Source of the DNA: Promethearchaeota archaeon
GTDB lineage: Archaea; Asgardarchaeota; Lokiarchaeia; Sigyniarchaeales; SOKP01
NCBI GenBank assembly: GCA_048941015.1
Contig: JBHLNZ010000074.1
Coordinates: forward strand, 1-14,266
Length of the DNA stretch: 14,266 bases
Direction: 5' to 3'
Shown here: piece by piece, positions 1 through 7,300 of the stretch
How the letters are laid out: every line of letters begins with the position of its first letter
How positions within the stretch are numbered: the stretch's first letter is position 1
Notes under the pieces: generated by a model
Seen by the model: only the letters and a program-made list of their open reading frames with translations
Databases searched by the model: none
Told to the model about the DNA's origin: nothing
Position numbers and translations under genes: made by a program

Positions 1-49
1 ATAATACTAGGATATGAATTGAGATATTATTATAAACAATATAAAAATA

Positions 50-69
50 CGTGAAATTGCTGTTTCACG
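50..69 (-). terminator. Perfect 7-bp inverted repeat followed by a T-tract on the minus strand; candidate hsp20 terminator or an operator
   Basis: CGTGAAA (50-56), TTGCTG, TTTCACG (63-69). It lies 35 nt past the hsp20 stop, and the minus strand continues TATTTTTATATTGTTT. Confidence 0.4.
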
Positions 70-104
70 AAAGTTTTGTATAGTTAAATATAGAGAAAGA
101 AATT

Positions 105-761
105 TTAATCAATTTTTATATTTGTATGTTTTTTATCGATTTTTTTTAATTTAATTTCTAATATTCCATTTACATAACGAGCTTTAGCGTAATCAGAGTT
201 AACTGCAGCAGGCAATTTAATCTCTTTGAAATAATTTCTTCCAGTTCCTTTTTCAGTAGAAATGGTCAAAGAATCATTAGTTCCTTTCAATTCGATATCC
301 TCTTTTGTTACTCCCGGCATTTCTGCAATAACGATAATTTGATCTGCTTCTTCATTAACTTCTATAAGAGGTTCTCTTACCCTTTTAACTTTTGGCTTAC
401 CAGAAACCGGTTCTGTTTTTATATTACCAAACGAATCTATCACAGGGTTCCCTGCTTGATCAAAACTTATATTGAAACCATACATTATTGGTCCTTTAAA
501 TCCAAATTTAGATTTGTTTTTAGTAAACTCTTTCATTAATTCTTCTGGGGAGAGGCCCTGTAAATCTTCAGGCAGGTTACTCATTATCTGCTTAAAAATC
601 TGTTTAAAAATTCTTTGAAATTCTTTAGAATTAAATAATTTATTAGGATCTATTCCTCTGAAAAATTTGTTTGGGTCTCCGAAAATCTTAAAAATATCAA
701 AAGGGTCCTTGTATTCATCTTTATCCTCATCCTCATCTTCATTTTCATCTTTCTTAGGCAT
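105..761 (-). CDS. hsp20: Archaeal small heat shock protein Hsp20 (alpha-crystallin domain)
   Basis: Archaeal Hsp20 segment GPIMYGFNISFDQAGNPVIDSFGN. Alpha-crystallin domain REPLIEV...IAEMPGVTKEDI...YFKEIKLP...AKARYVNGILEIKLKK. C-terminal IxI motif (IKID). The ORF opens at 767, but SD-like GAGGG (768-772, minus strand) is spaced for the second ATG at 761. Confidence 0.93.
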   Translation of the reverse strand: MPKKDENEDEDEDKDEYKDPFDIFKIFGDPNKFFRGIDPNKLFNSKEFQRIFKQIFKQIMSNLPEDLQGLSPEELMKEFTKNKSKFGFKGPIMYGFNISFDQAGNPVIDSFGNIKTEPVSGKPKVKRVREPLIEVNEEADQIIVIAEMPGVTKEDIELKGTNDSLTISTEKGTGRNYFKEIKLPAAVNSDYAKARYVNGILEIKLKKIDKKHTNIKID

Positions 762-808
762 CTTCATCCCTCACTAAAAATATTTATAGATATCACTTCA
801 CTTAAATT

Positions 809-832
809 TTTAAATATAAATTTAAATATAAA
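809..832. promoter_or_regulatory. Tandem 12-bp direct repeat (TTTAAATATAAA x2); candidate TATA region of the hsp20 promoter
   Basis: Exact repeat at 809-820 and 821-832. It reads TTTATATTTAAA twice on the minus strand, about 50-70 nt upstream of the hsp20 start. Confidence 0.4.
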
Positions 833-982
833 TAATTAAAGCTAAAAACGAAATAGCTTATATTCTAGAAAAAATTGTTTAGATTAATAAAGTTATTCCA
901 ACTAAAAATTTAGCTATAAAATATTAAATTAGATCAGGAGTGGATTATTATTTACTCAGAATTAAGTGATGACGACAAGCAA

Positions 983-2764
983 ATGTATATGGATGTTATG
1001 CGTGAAGCGCCAATTCTACCATTCTCAAATTTTGTTAGTCGAGGTGATATTGCTGATAAGGTAGACATCGCTAGACCTAGAAGTTATATTGATAGAGAGG
1101 TTTATAGGTTGGTAAGGCAAACTTATCGCGATAGATCAAGTCGTCTTATTCCTATTCTAGGTTCTGCTGGAACTGGCAAAACCCATGCATATCATTCATT
1201 TAAAGATAAAGAACGTGAAAATAGAAAGAAATTAGAAGAATCTGCTGAAACCGAGGAAATCGAAGTAAGTCAATTAGAACCAGTTGATTGGACAATTATT
1301 TATGTACCAAGTCCTCCAGCGAGTATTAGGGTATTATTACATGTTTATACATGTATAATTGAGGATATTGGCCCAGAACTTCTTGATATAGTATCAGAAA
1401 GATTAGTAAAAGAAAAATGGGGAGGTAAAAAAGCAGGAATTTTTCAAAAGCCTAAAATTGATGAAGTTATACAAAAAGGTATACGTGAATTCCCTGGTGT
1501 TTTTGCAGATTGTGTGAAAGCTTTAGTAACTTATCAATTAGATAAAAGTAAGAAAGCCTTAGCTGAAAGATGGTTATTAGGCGAAGATCTTGAACCTGAA
1601 GAATTAGCGGATTTAGGAATAAATTCAGTTGTAGAGGAAGATGATGTTTGTCTTGCAATGATTAAAATTATAACTGAAAACTTAGATCGTGTATTAATCC
1701 TCTATTTTGATGAACTTGAATCCCCATATCGTATGCTTGGTGAATCAGCTGAACAAAAATTTCTTGAGATTCTAAAAAGATTATATAATGAAGTTAAAGG
1801 ATTGGTTATAATAATTGCGGTTTTAAAAGAAATATGGCCTAGAATATTAGAAATCGCCGATCAACCGCTTAGATCAAGAATGGAACCAGAACAGGAATTA
1901 AAACCCTTTAGTTTAAATGATCTAAAAATATTTTTCTCAAAAACTATGGAAACTTTTTGGGATGAAAATAATTTAAATCCTCCATTATATCCATTATTTC
2001 CATTAAACGAAAAATTAATTGAAATGATTTATGAGAAAACGCAAGGGAATCCAAGAAATTCGATTAAACTATGTAGAAGATTTATAGACAAAGTTGTAAT
2101 GGAAGAGATGAGTGTTGAGGAGTTACTGGAAGCGGGCGCAGAAATAGTAGCAACAGCAAAACCTCCTACCCATGAACTGGAAGAAGAAGTAATTGACTTT
2201 TCAAAACCACGAGAAGTTATTAAAAAGACTATAGAAGAAATATTGGCAGAGGAAGAATATATCATTGATGTTAATCCATCTTCTGTCGCTGGCGCTGCCT
2301 TAAAAAGTATTATTAAAATTGGAGAAGAAAAAGGAAAAAAGTTTAAAACACAAATGGAATTTAAATTTAAAATTGGAAAAAGAACTCAAACTTTAGCTGC
2401 GATGATAGAATATGAAGGTAAAAAATGGGGGTTAGAAATCCCTTCAATAAAAACATTCGATAGAAGCGCTGGAGTTGCTGGTTATTATGCAGCAAAAAGA
2501 ATAAAGGATGCTATTGATGAAAAAGCAATAGATAAAGCTTTATTAATAGTACCTACTGGCAGTAGTGGCGCGAAGTTTGAAATGATTTTAGAAAATAACC
2601 CTGCGATATATAAATTTGAATTAAATAATGAATCAGGAGAAAAATTAATTGCAAACGCATTAACTTATCCAACAAAAGAAGGATGGGACATTGCTAAAAT
2701 ATTTTTTCCAGATATAGGTGATTATGTCCCCCCTGAACCGCAATCTTCAGATGAGTCTAATTAA
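983..2764 (+). CDS. P-loop AAA+-type ATPase (BrxD/DUF2791-like core) with a C-terminal alpha/beta domain resembling an inactive PD-(D/E)XK fold
   Basis: Walker A GSAGTGKT (nt 1160), Walker B LILYFDELE, Arg-finger-like PLRSRM, ELKPFS, and lid GNPR. A long helical insert between the Walker motifs contains RWLLGE...LG. The true start may be upstream (ATT at 944-952). The ATPase call is firm; the subfamily is inferred. Confidence 0.8.
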   Translation: MYMDVMREAPILPFSNFVSRGDIADKVDIARPRSYIDREVYRLVRQTYRDRSSRLIPILGSAGTGKTHAYHSFKDKERENRKKLEESAETEEIEVSQLEPVDWTIIYVPSPPASIRVLLHVYTCIIEDIGPELLDIVSERLVKEKWGGKKAGIFQKPKIDEVIQKGIREFPGVFADCVKALVTYQLDKSKKALAERWLLGEDLEPEELADLGINSVVEEDDVCLAMIKIITENLDRVLILYFDELESPYRMLGESAEQKFLEILKRLYNEVKGLVIIIAVLKEIWPRILEIADQPLRSRMEPEQELKPFSLNDLKIFFSKTMETFWDENNLNPPLYPLFPLNEKLIEMIYEKTQGNPRNSIKLCRRFIDKVVMEEMSVEELLEAGAEIVATAKPPTHELEEEVIDFSKPREVIKKTIEEILAEEEYIIDVNPSSVAGAALKSIIKIGEEKGKKFKTQMEFKFKIGKRTQTLAAMIEYEGKKWGLEIPSIKTFDRSAGVAGYYAAKRIKDAIDEKAIDKALLIVPTGSSGAKFEMILENNPAIYKFELNNESGEKLIANALTYPTKEGWDIAKIFFPDIGDYVPPEPQSSDESN

Positions 2765-2811
2765 ATTCAACAAAATCTTAAATTTTAATTAAACTAATAA
2801 AAAAATTAATT

Positions 2812-3741
2812 TTAAATTTGACTTTTTTCAATTAGTTCTTTAATTTTTTTATCCAAATTAAATAACTCCTTACCCAGTTGATTTGCTCTTTTGATGTTTT
2901 TTAATAACTCTGTAGAATTTTCTATTAATTCACCCTCTTCAAATGAATTAGAAATGTTAACTAATCTTTCAACTGGTCTTATTAAATCATGATATAGATG
3001 AAGTCTATTACTTTTTAAGATTTCTAAAGTGTTTTCAATATCTTTATAAATAGAATCACGTTCTTTTAATAATTCAGGAAGCTTTCCTATCTGTTCACCT
3101 TTATTTCTAAGGAAGGAAACAATGTCTTCTTCTTGTATAATGTCAGCTAATTCTGCTGCTTTAAGGAGGCACTTCTTAGCTTTTTTATAAGATTTATCTT
3201 TTAGGAAATCTTCAGCAAGTTTAATCTCTTCAGATAATTTTTCCGGGACATCTTCGCCTAAATTAATTAATTCTCTAGCTTCTTGTAGCTTTCCATCATC
3301 AAGCATACTCTTAGTTTTGTCATTAATGGTGTCTTTAATTAGGGCGGGTTCTTTTAACTTTTCCATTAATGTAAAAATCGAGTTAAACTCTTTCTTGATT
3401 AATGCTTCCATTTCTCCACGGTCTTTACTAAATTCTTTAATAATTTTTGACGCTATATTCTCAAAGATACTTTTTAGAGAGACTAAATCCTCATCGATAT
3501 TAAATACAAAACCTAAAAACAAATTATTTTTTCCAATTGATTTAGCATTAATTTTAGACGAATAGTAGCGTAAATCATCCTTTCGATAGACAGTATCTAA
3601 AAATTCTTTTTGGATATGCATTTCTTCAAAATCTTTTAAGATTTCATTTGTTACTTTTTTTTCTTGGTCCAAATAATATTCAGCTAAAACATTTGGTCCA
3701 AAAGACTCGTCAATTTCATAAAGATATATTCCCGCAGGCAT
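2812..3741 (-). CDS. Longin/uDENN-like N-terminal domain fused to an all-helical (TPR/SNAP-like) C-terminal region
   Basis: N-terminus GIYLYEIDESFGPNVLAEYY fits the beta1-(F/I)Dxx(x)GP-beta2 hairpin of uDENN/longin domains. It is followed by a helix, strands (YYSSKI, LFLGFVF) and two helices. The rest is charged helical repeats (e.g. YKKAKKCLLKAAELA). 309-aa ORF with ATG and TAA. Confidence 0.62.
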   Translation of the reverse strand: MPAGIYLYEIDESFGPNVLAEYYLDQEKKVTNEILKDFEEMHIQKEFLDTVYRKDDLRYYSSKINAKSIGKNNLFLGFVFNIDEDLVSLKSIFENIASKIIKEFSKDRGEMEALIKKEFNSIFTLMEKLKEPALIKDTINDKTKSMLDDGKLQEARELINLGEDVPEKLSEEIKLAEDFLKDKSYKKAKKCLLKAAELADIIQEEDIVSFLRNKGEQIGKLPELLKERDSIYKDIENTLEILKSNRLHLYHDLIRPVERLVNISNSFEEGELIENSTELLKNIKRANQLGKELFNLDKKIKELIEKSQI

Positions 3742-3767
3742 AATATTGACTCTCAGAATATTTTTTT

Positions 3768-3811
3768 AAATCAAAAATATTATTAATTACTAGTTAATAA
3801 GTATTTGATTT
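3768..3811. promoter_or_regulatory. Long imperfect palindrome upstream of the longin-like gene
   Basis: AAATCAAA-aata-TTATTAATTA-c-TAGTTAATAA-gta-TTTGATTT: 8-bp outer arms and 10-bp inner arms with one mismatch. Confidence 0.35.
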
Positions 3812-3870
3812 TAAATTTTTATTTAATAGAAATGATGTAATACGCATATAAAAATTTGAAAAAGAATTTT

Positions 3871-4551
3871 TTATCTTTTATATGAAACACTTCTATCTTT
3901 TAAGCGATCAATATTATAACCTTTCTTGAAAAGAGTGTATTTCTCATATTTTTCTTCAAATACTTTTTCAATTTCATTAAGTGGTAAATCAGCATGAATT
4001 CCTCTATCCATTACATACTCTCCAAAACGATTACCTTCACTATCAAACGGAGGAAAAACAGCATCATGTTCTCCATCAAATTCTACCATCGGAAGAAATT
4101 TCCCCTTTATAGCAGTGGTTTCATCAAATGAAGGCGTTAGTTTAACCCATTTATTATTAAGTAAGAATTCACTATATCCATGATAATACATTACATTATG
4201 ACCCATAAAATCAATAACTTTTTGAGAAACTTTATGGTTTATTAAGTCCACCAGATGGATTCGTGCTGGAATTCCAATAGCGCGTGCAAAAGAGGATAAT
4301 AATATAGATTTTGAGACACAAAAACCATTTTTACGTCTTAATGTAACACTTGCTTTAAAATTAGATTTTACATTAGGTATATAGGTTGCCATATTATATT
4401 TAATCTCATTTCTTACCCAATAAAACAAAGCAATTGCTTTCTCTTTATTATTTTTTAATCCATTTGTTATTTCAAAAGCTTTATTTCTAACAGTTGCTTT
4501 ATTAAAGTCAAAAAATTCAGTAGGTTGTAAATATTTCTCTAAATCTTCCAT
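3871..4551 (-). CDS. Transglutaminase-like superfamily protein (putative cysteine protease)
   Basis: Family motifs YLQPTEFFDF and ALFYWVRNEIKY. Catalytic Cys in GFCVSKSILL, then RAIGIPARI. Catalytic His in YHGYSEF, then WVKLTPSFD. Confidence 0.88.
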   Translation of the reverse strand: MEDLEKYLQPTEFFDFNKATVRNKAFEITNGLKNNKEKAIALFYWVRNEIKYNMATYIPNVKSNFKASVTLRRKNGFCVSKSILLSSFARAIGIPARIHLVDLINHKVSQKVIDFMGHNVMYYHGYSEFLLNNKWVKLTPSFDETTAIKGKFLPMVEFDGEHDAVFPPFDSEGNRFGEYVMDRGIHADLPLNEIEKVFEEKYEKYTLFKKGYNIDRLKDRSVSYKR

Positions 4552-4608
4552 GAGAATGAAAAAATTAGATCACTTTATAACATTATGCTATAATCATATC
4601 CTTATTTA

Positions 4609-5937
4609 TTAATTATCAAGTAATTTTGGAAGTAAAATTATAAAATTACTCCCCTTGTCAGTTTCACCCTTCAATCTATCTTCTACCCAAATAAAACCAT
4701 TATATTTTTCTATAATCTTTTTAACAAGAGATAATCCCATTCCCATTCCACTTGCACTTTTATCTTTCCTATATACTCTCGTAAATATTTTGTCTTTCAT
4801 TTCATCAGAGATACCTATTCCATTATCAATGAATTCTAACTTGTAATAAACTTTTCCTTCCTTTTCCACCTTAGAGAGTTTAATAATGATTTCTATTAAA
4901 TCATTCTCGTTATATTTTACTGCATTAATCAAAATATTTTCAAATACATCAAGAATAAGTTCATTAGCTTTTATTTTAACATTTTCAATTGTAGGCTCAA
5001 CTTTAATATTAAGATTTTTATCTTGAAAACTTTTTGTTGTATATTTTATTGCTTTGTTTAGATAATTAGAAATTTCGATTGGCTTAATTTCTATTTCAGT
5101 TTCTTCAATTTCGGAAAGAGTTCGAACATTTGCTACTAAATTTGCCCCTCTTTTAACTTGTTCCTCAATTAAATTAGTCATTTCAGATACTCTTTGGAAA
5201 TTATTGGAATCTTTAAGAGATAAAGATAAAAGCTCTGAAGATGATTGGATATTCTGAAGGATATTATTAATGTCATGAGCAACAAGATCTTTATAAAAGG
5301 TTGAACGATCATACGCTTCTCTAAACCTATGTTCCGATTCTGTTATTTTTTCTTCTACTAGAGCTACGACTCCTGTTAACATAAGAATTGTAGTAAGGAA
5401 GATATCTGCACTTATATTGATCTCTTGTGCCCCATCAATACTCAAATGTATAAGAATATTACCAATTATACTAAAAATTGCAGCAGCATTAGAGAAACAG
5501 AAAAAAGCATGAGTAAGAGTTTTCTTTTTCAAATAAATGCGAATGAGCATAATGAGACTAATAACAAGCAGTAAAAATATAAAATTTATAATCCCAAAAG
5601 CAAGAATATCTCCAATTATGGCCAACAATATCACTTTATTAATTATTAAACTCCTTTTTATTACATCTTTTCTGAGAAATGTTTGAAAATATTCAATTAA
5701 TGATGCAATAAATAGAAAAATTGCGGCTAATGTAAAAAATAGAAAAGAAATTAGTTCAAAAATAATAAAAAACATCCTAATTTGGTTGGTAACGTAACCA
5801 ACTGTAAGCATTGTGTAAGCAAATAACCAATAAAGTAAGTCTTTACGCCTTGTTTGAGCTATTATAAAAATTATTAAGCCAAGAATAGTTAGAATTGATA
5901 ATGCAAACTCGAGTATAGAAATTTCTATTAATGCCAT
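4609..5937 (-). CDS. Membrane-bound sensor histidine kinase (about 7 TM, HisKA, HATPase_c)
   Basis: H-box VAHDINNILQ, N-box FENILINAVKY, G1 DNGIGI, F-box KIFTRVY, G2 GMGMGL, and GSNFIILLP. The first ~195 aa are hydrophobic. Confidence 0.93.
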   Translation of the reverse strand: MALIEISILEFALSILTILGLIIFIIAQTRRKDLLYWLFAYTMLTVGYVTNQIRMFFIIFELISFLFFTLAAIFLFIASLIEYFQTFLRKDVIKRSLIINKVILLAIIGDILAFGIINFIFLLLVISLIMLIRIYLKKKTLTHAFFCFSNAAAIFSIIGNILIHLSIDGAQEINISADIFLTTILMLTGVVALVEEKITESEHRFREAYDRSTFYKDLVAHDINNILQNIQSSSELLSLSLKDSNNFQRVSEMTNLIEEQVKRGANLVANVRTLSEIEETEIEIKPIEISNYLNKAIKYTTKSFQDKNLNIKVEPTIENVKIKANELILDVFENILINAVKYNENDLIEIIIKLSKVEKEGKVYYKLEFIDNGIGISDEMKDKIFTRVYRKDKSASGMGMGLSLVKKIIEKYNGFIWVEDRLKGETDKGSNFIILLPKLLDN

Positions 5938-6062
5938 CTAAAATCTATTAATTAATAATTATTCTTTTTCAAATTGATAAATCTATTGAATATTAATAAA
6001 TATTTAGTTCTAACATTTTTTTTCTCCTCAAAAAAAGATTATAAAATAAAAAAGTATTTTTA

Positions 6063-7298
6063 TTATAGTTTTGAAGCTATTAAGTCTAAAAGATCGATCA
6101 CTTGAACTTTTTCTTGGACTTCTGGCCCCATATCATCGTAAGCATCTTTTAAATTACCGATACAAAAAGGACAGCTAGTTGTTAATATTTCAGCTCCTGA
6201 TTCAATGGCCTCATTAACTCTTTCTTTAGCTATTTCAAGGGCTAATTCGGGAAACTGACTTTTAACTCCTCCACCAGCTCCACAACACCAAGCGTTTTTA
6301 CGATTTCTTTTCATTTCGACTAATTCTATACCTGGGATTTTCATTATTACCTCTCGAGGAATTTCAAATAAATCCATGTGTCTACCTAAATGGCACGGAT
6401 CATGGTAAGTCACCTTTTTAGATAATCCTTCTTGTGCTTTAAATGGAATTTGATTATTATTTAAAAGTTCAATTAACACTTCTGTAATATGTTTTACTTC
6501 AAATGGTAATTCTTCACCTAGTAATTCGGGGTAATCTTTTTTCCATGTTCGATAGCACCCTGCGCAAGCAGTAAAAACAACTTTTGCCCCCATATTCTTA
6601 AATTCGTCGATATTATGTTGAATCAATTCTTTTAATGATTGATTATCTCCAATTCGCAGTCCAATTGAACCACAGCACCATTCATCTTTCGAAATAGCGA
6701 CCTCTTTTCCGGCAATTTGTAAAATCTTGATTATATTTCTTAATGTTTCTGCTTGTCTTAACGGCATAGTACATCCTCCAAAAAATACAAATTCTCCCTT
6801 TTCCTTAAGCCCAGAAATACCTTTGGTCCAATCAAGTTTTTTTGTTTTATTTTCACCATATGGATTTTTCATATCATCTCGATTCATGTAATCAACTAAA
6901 TCAGAGTGCCTTTCTAAAGGAGCAAATCCAGCATCGACAAGATCCTTTCTTAAAGCTTCCCATACTTGTACGTGATCAATCCAATTGCATGTAGGTAGAG
7001 CAATATTTTCATTATGAGTCATATGGCAAACTTCAGTACAACTACCACACTCTGAACATTCATAAGCCCATTTAGCTAATTCGTTACTTAAGGGAATTTG
7101 ACCTTCTAATATACTTTTTAGGATATTCATTCTACCTCTCGAAAAACTTATTTCGAATCCTTCTTCTCCTTTAGCTTCTTTAACAGGACATACTAGATAT
7201 CTCTCAACGGCAGGACGGATCGAATATCCACAATCTCCACATCCCATACATGAAAATATGTCCTTCCAATGTTCCTTAAGATGTTTCAATTCACTCAT
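6063..7298 (-). CDS. Fe-S oxidoreductase, GlcF/HdrD-like (two [4Fe-4S] ferredoxin motifs and two CCG domains)
   Basis: Ferredoxin motifs CMGCGDC-x13-CP and CSECGSCTEVC. CCG domain 1: FGGC...WCCG...TACAGC. CCG domain 2: HDPCHLG...WCCGAGGG...TSCPFC. Start set at ATG 7298 (MSELK), which follows GGGAGGGAG and lies 2 nt after the upstream gene's stop. Confidence 0.92.
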   Translation of the reverse strand: MSELKHLKEHWKDIFSCMGCGDCGYSIRPAVERYLVCPVKEAKGEEGFEISFSRGRMNILKSILEGQIPLSNELAKWAYECSECGSCTEVCHMTHNENIALPTCNWIDHVQVWEALRKDLVDAGFAPLERHSDLVDYMNRDDMKNPYGENKTKKLDWTKGISGLKEKGEFVFFGGCTMPLRQAETLRNIIKILQIAGKEVAISKDEWCCGSIGLRIGDNQSLKELIQHNIDEFKNMGAKVVFTACAGCYRTWKKDYPELLGEELPFEVKHITEVLIELLNNNQIPFKAQEGLSKKVTYHDPCHLGRHMDLFEIPREVIMKIPGIELVEMKRNRKNAWCCGAGGGVKSQFPELALEIAKERVNEAIESGAEILTTSCPFCIGNLKDAYDDMGPEVQEKVQVIDLLDLIASKL

Positions 7299-7300
7299 AT

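Noticed and set aside
339-539. 66-aa plus-strand ORF
   Set aside because: Antisense shadow inside hsp20 with no motifs.
1467-2265. Two short minus-strand ORFs (1467-1658, 2029-2265)
   Set aside because: Antisense to the ATPase; the Ser/Leu-rich composition is typical of shadow frames.
983-2764. ATPase as Orc1/Cdc6 with an adjacent replication origin, as CDC48, or as part of a full BREX system
   Set aside because: GNPR rather than GDAR, no evident winged helix, no G-string ORB repeats in 768-982, only one AAA module, and no other BREX genes in the window.
4120-4150. Missing catalytic Asp in the transglutaminase-like protein (WVKLTP instead of WxxhDP)
   Set aside because: From recall, this variant is common in the YLxPT...WVKATP subfamily, so it is not distinctive.
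3317-4846. Plus-strand ORFs 3317-3565 and 4655-4846
   Set aside because: Antisense shadows of the longin-like and kinase genes.
6063-7298. Selenoprotein or SECIS element at the Hdr-like gene
   Set aside because: No in-frame TGA, all ligand positions are Cys, and the 3' region is simple A/T tracts.
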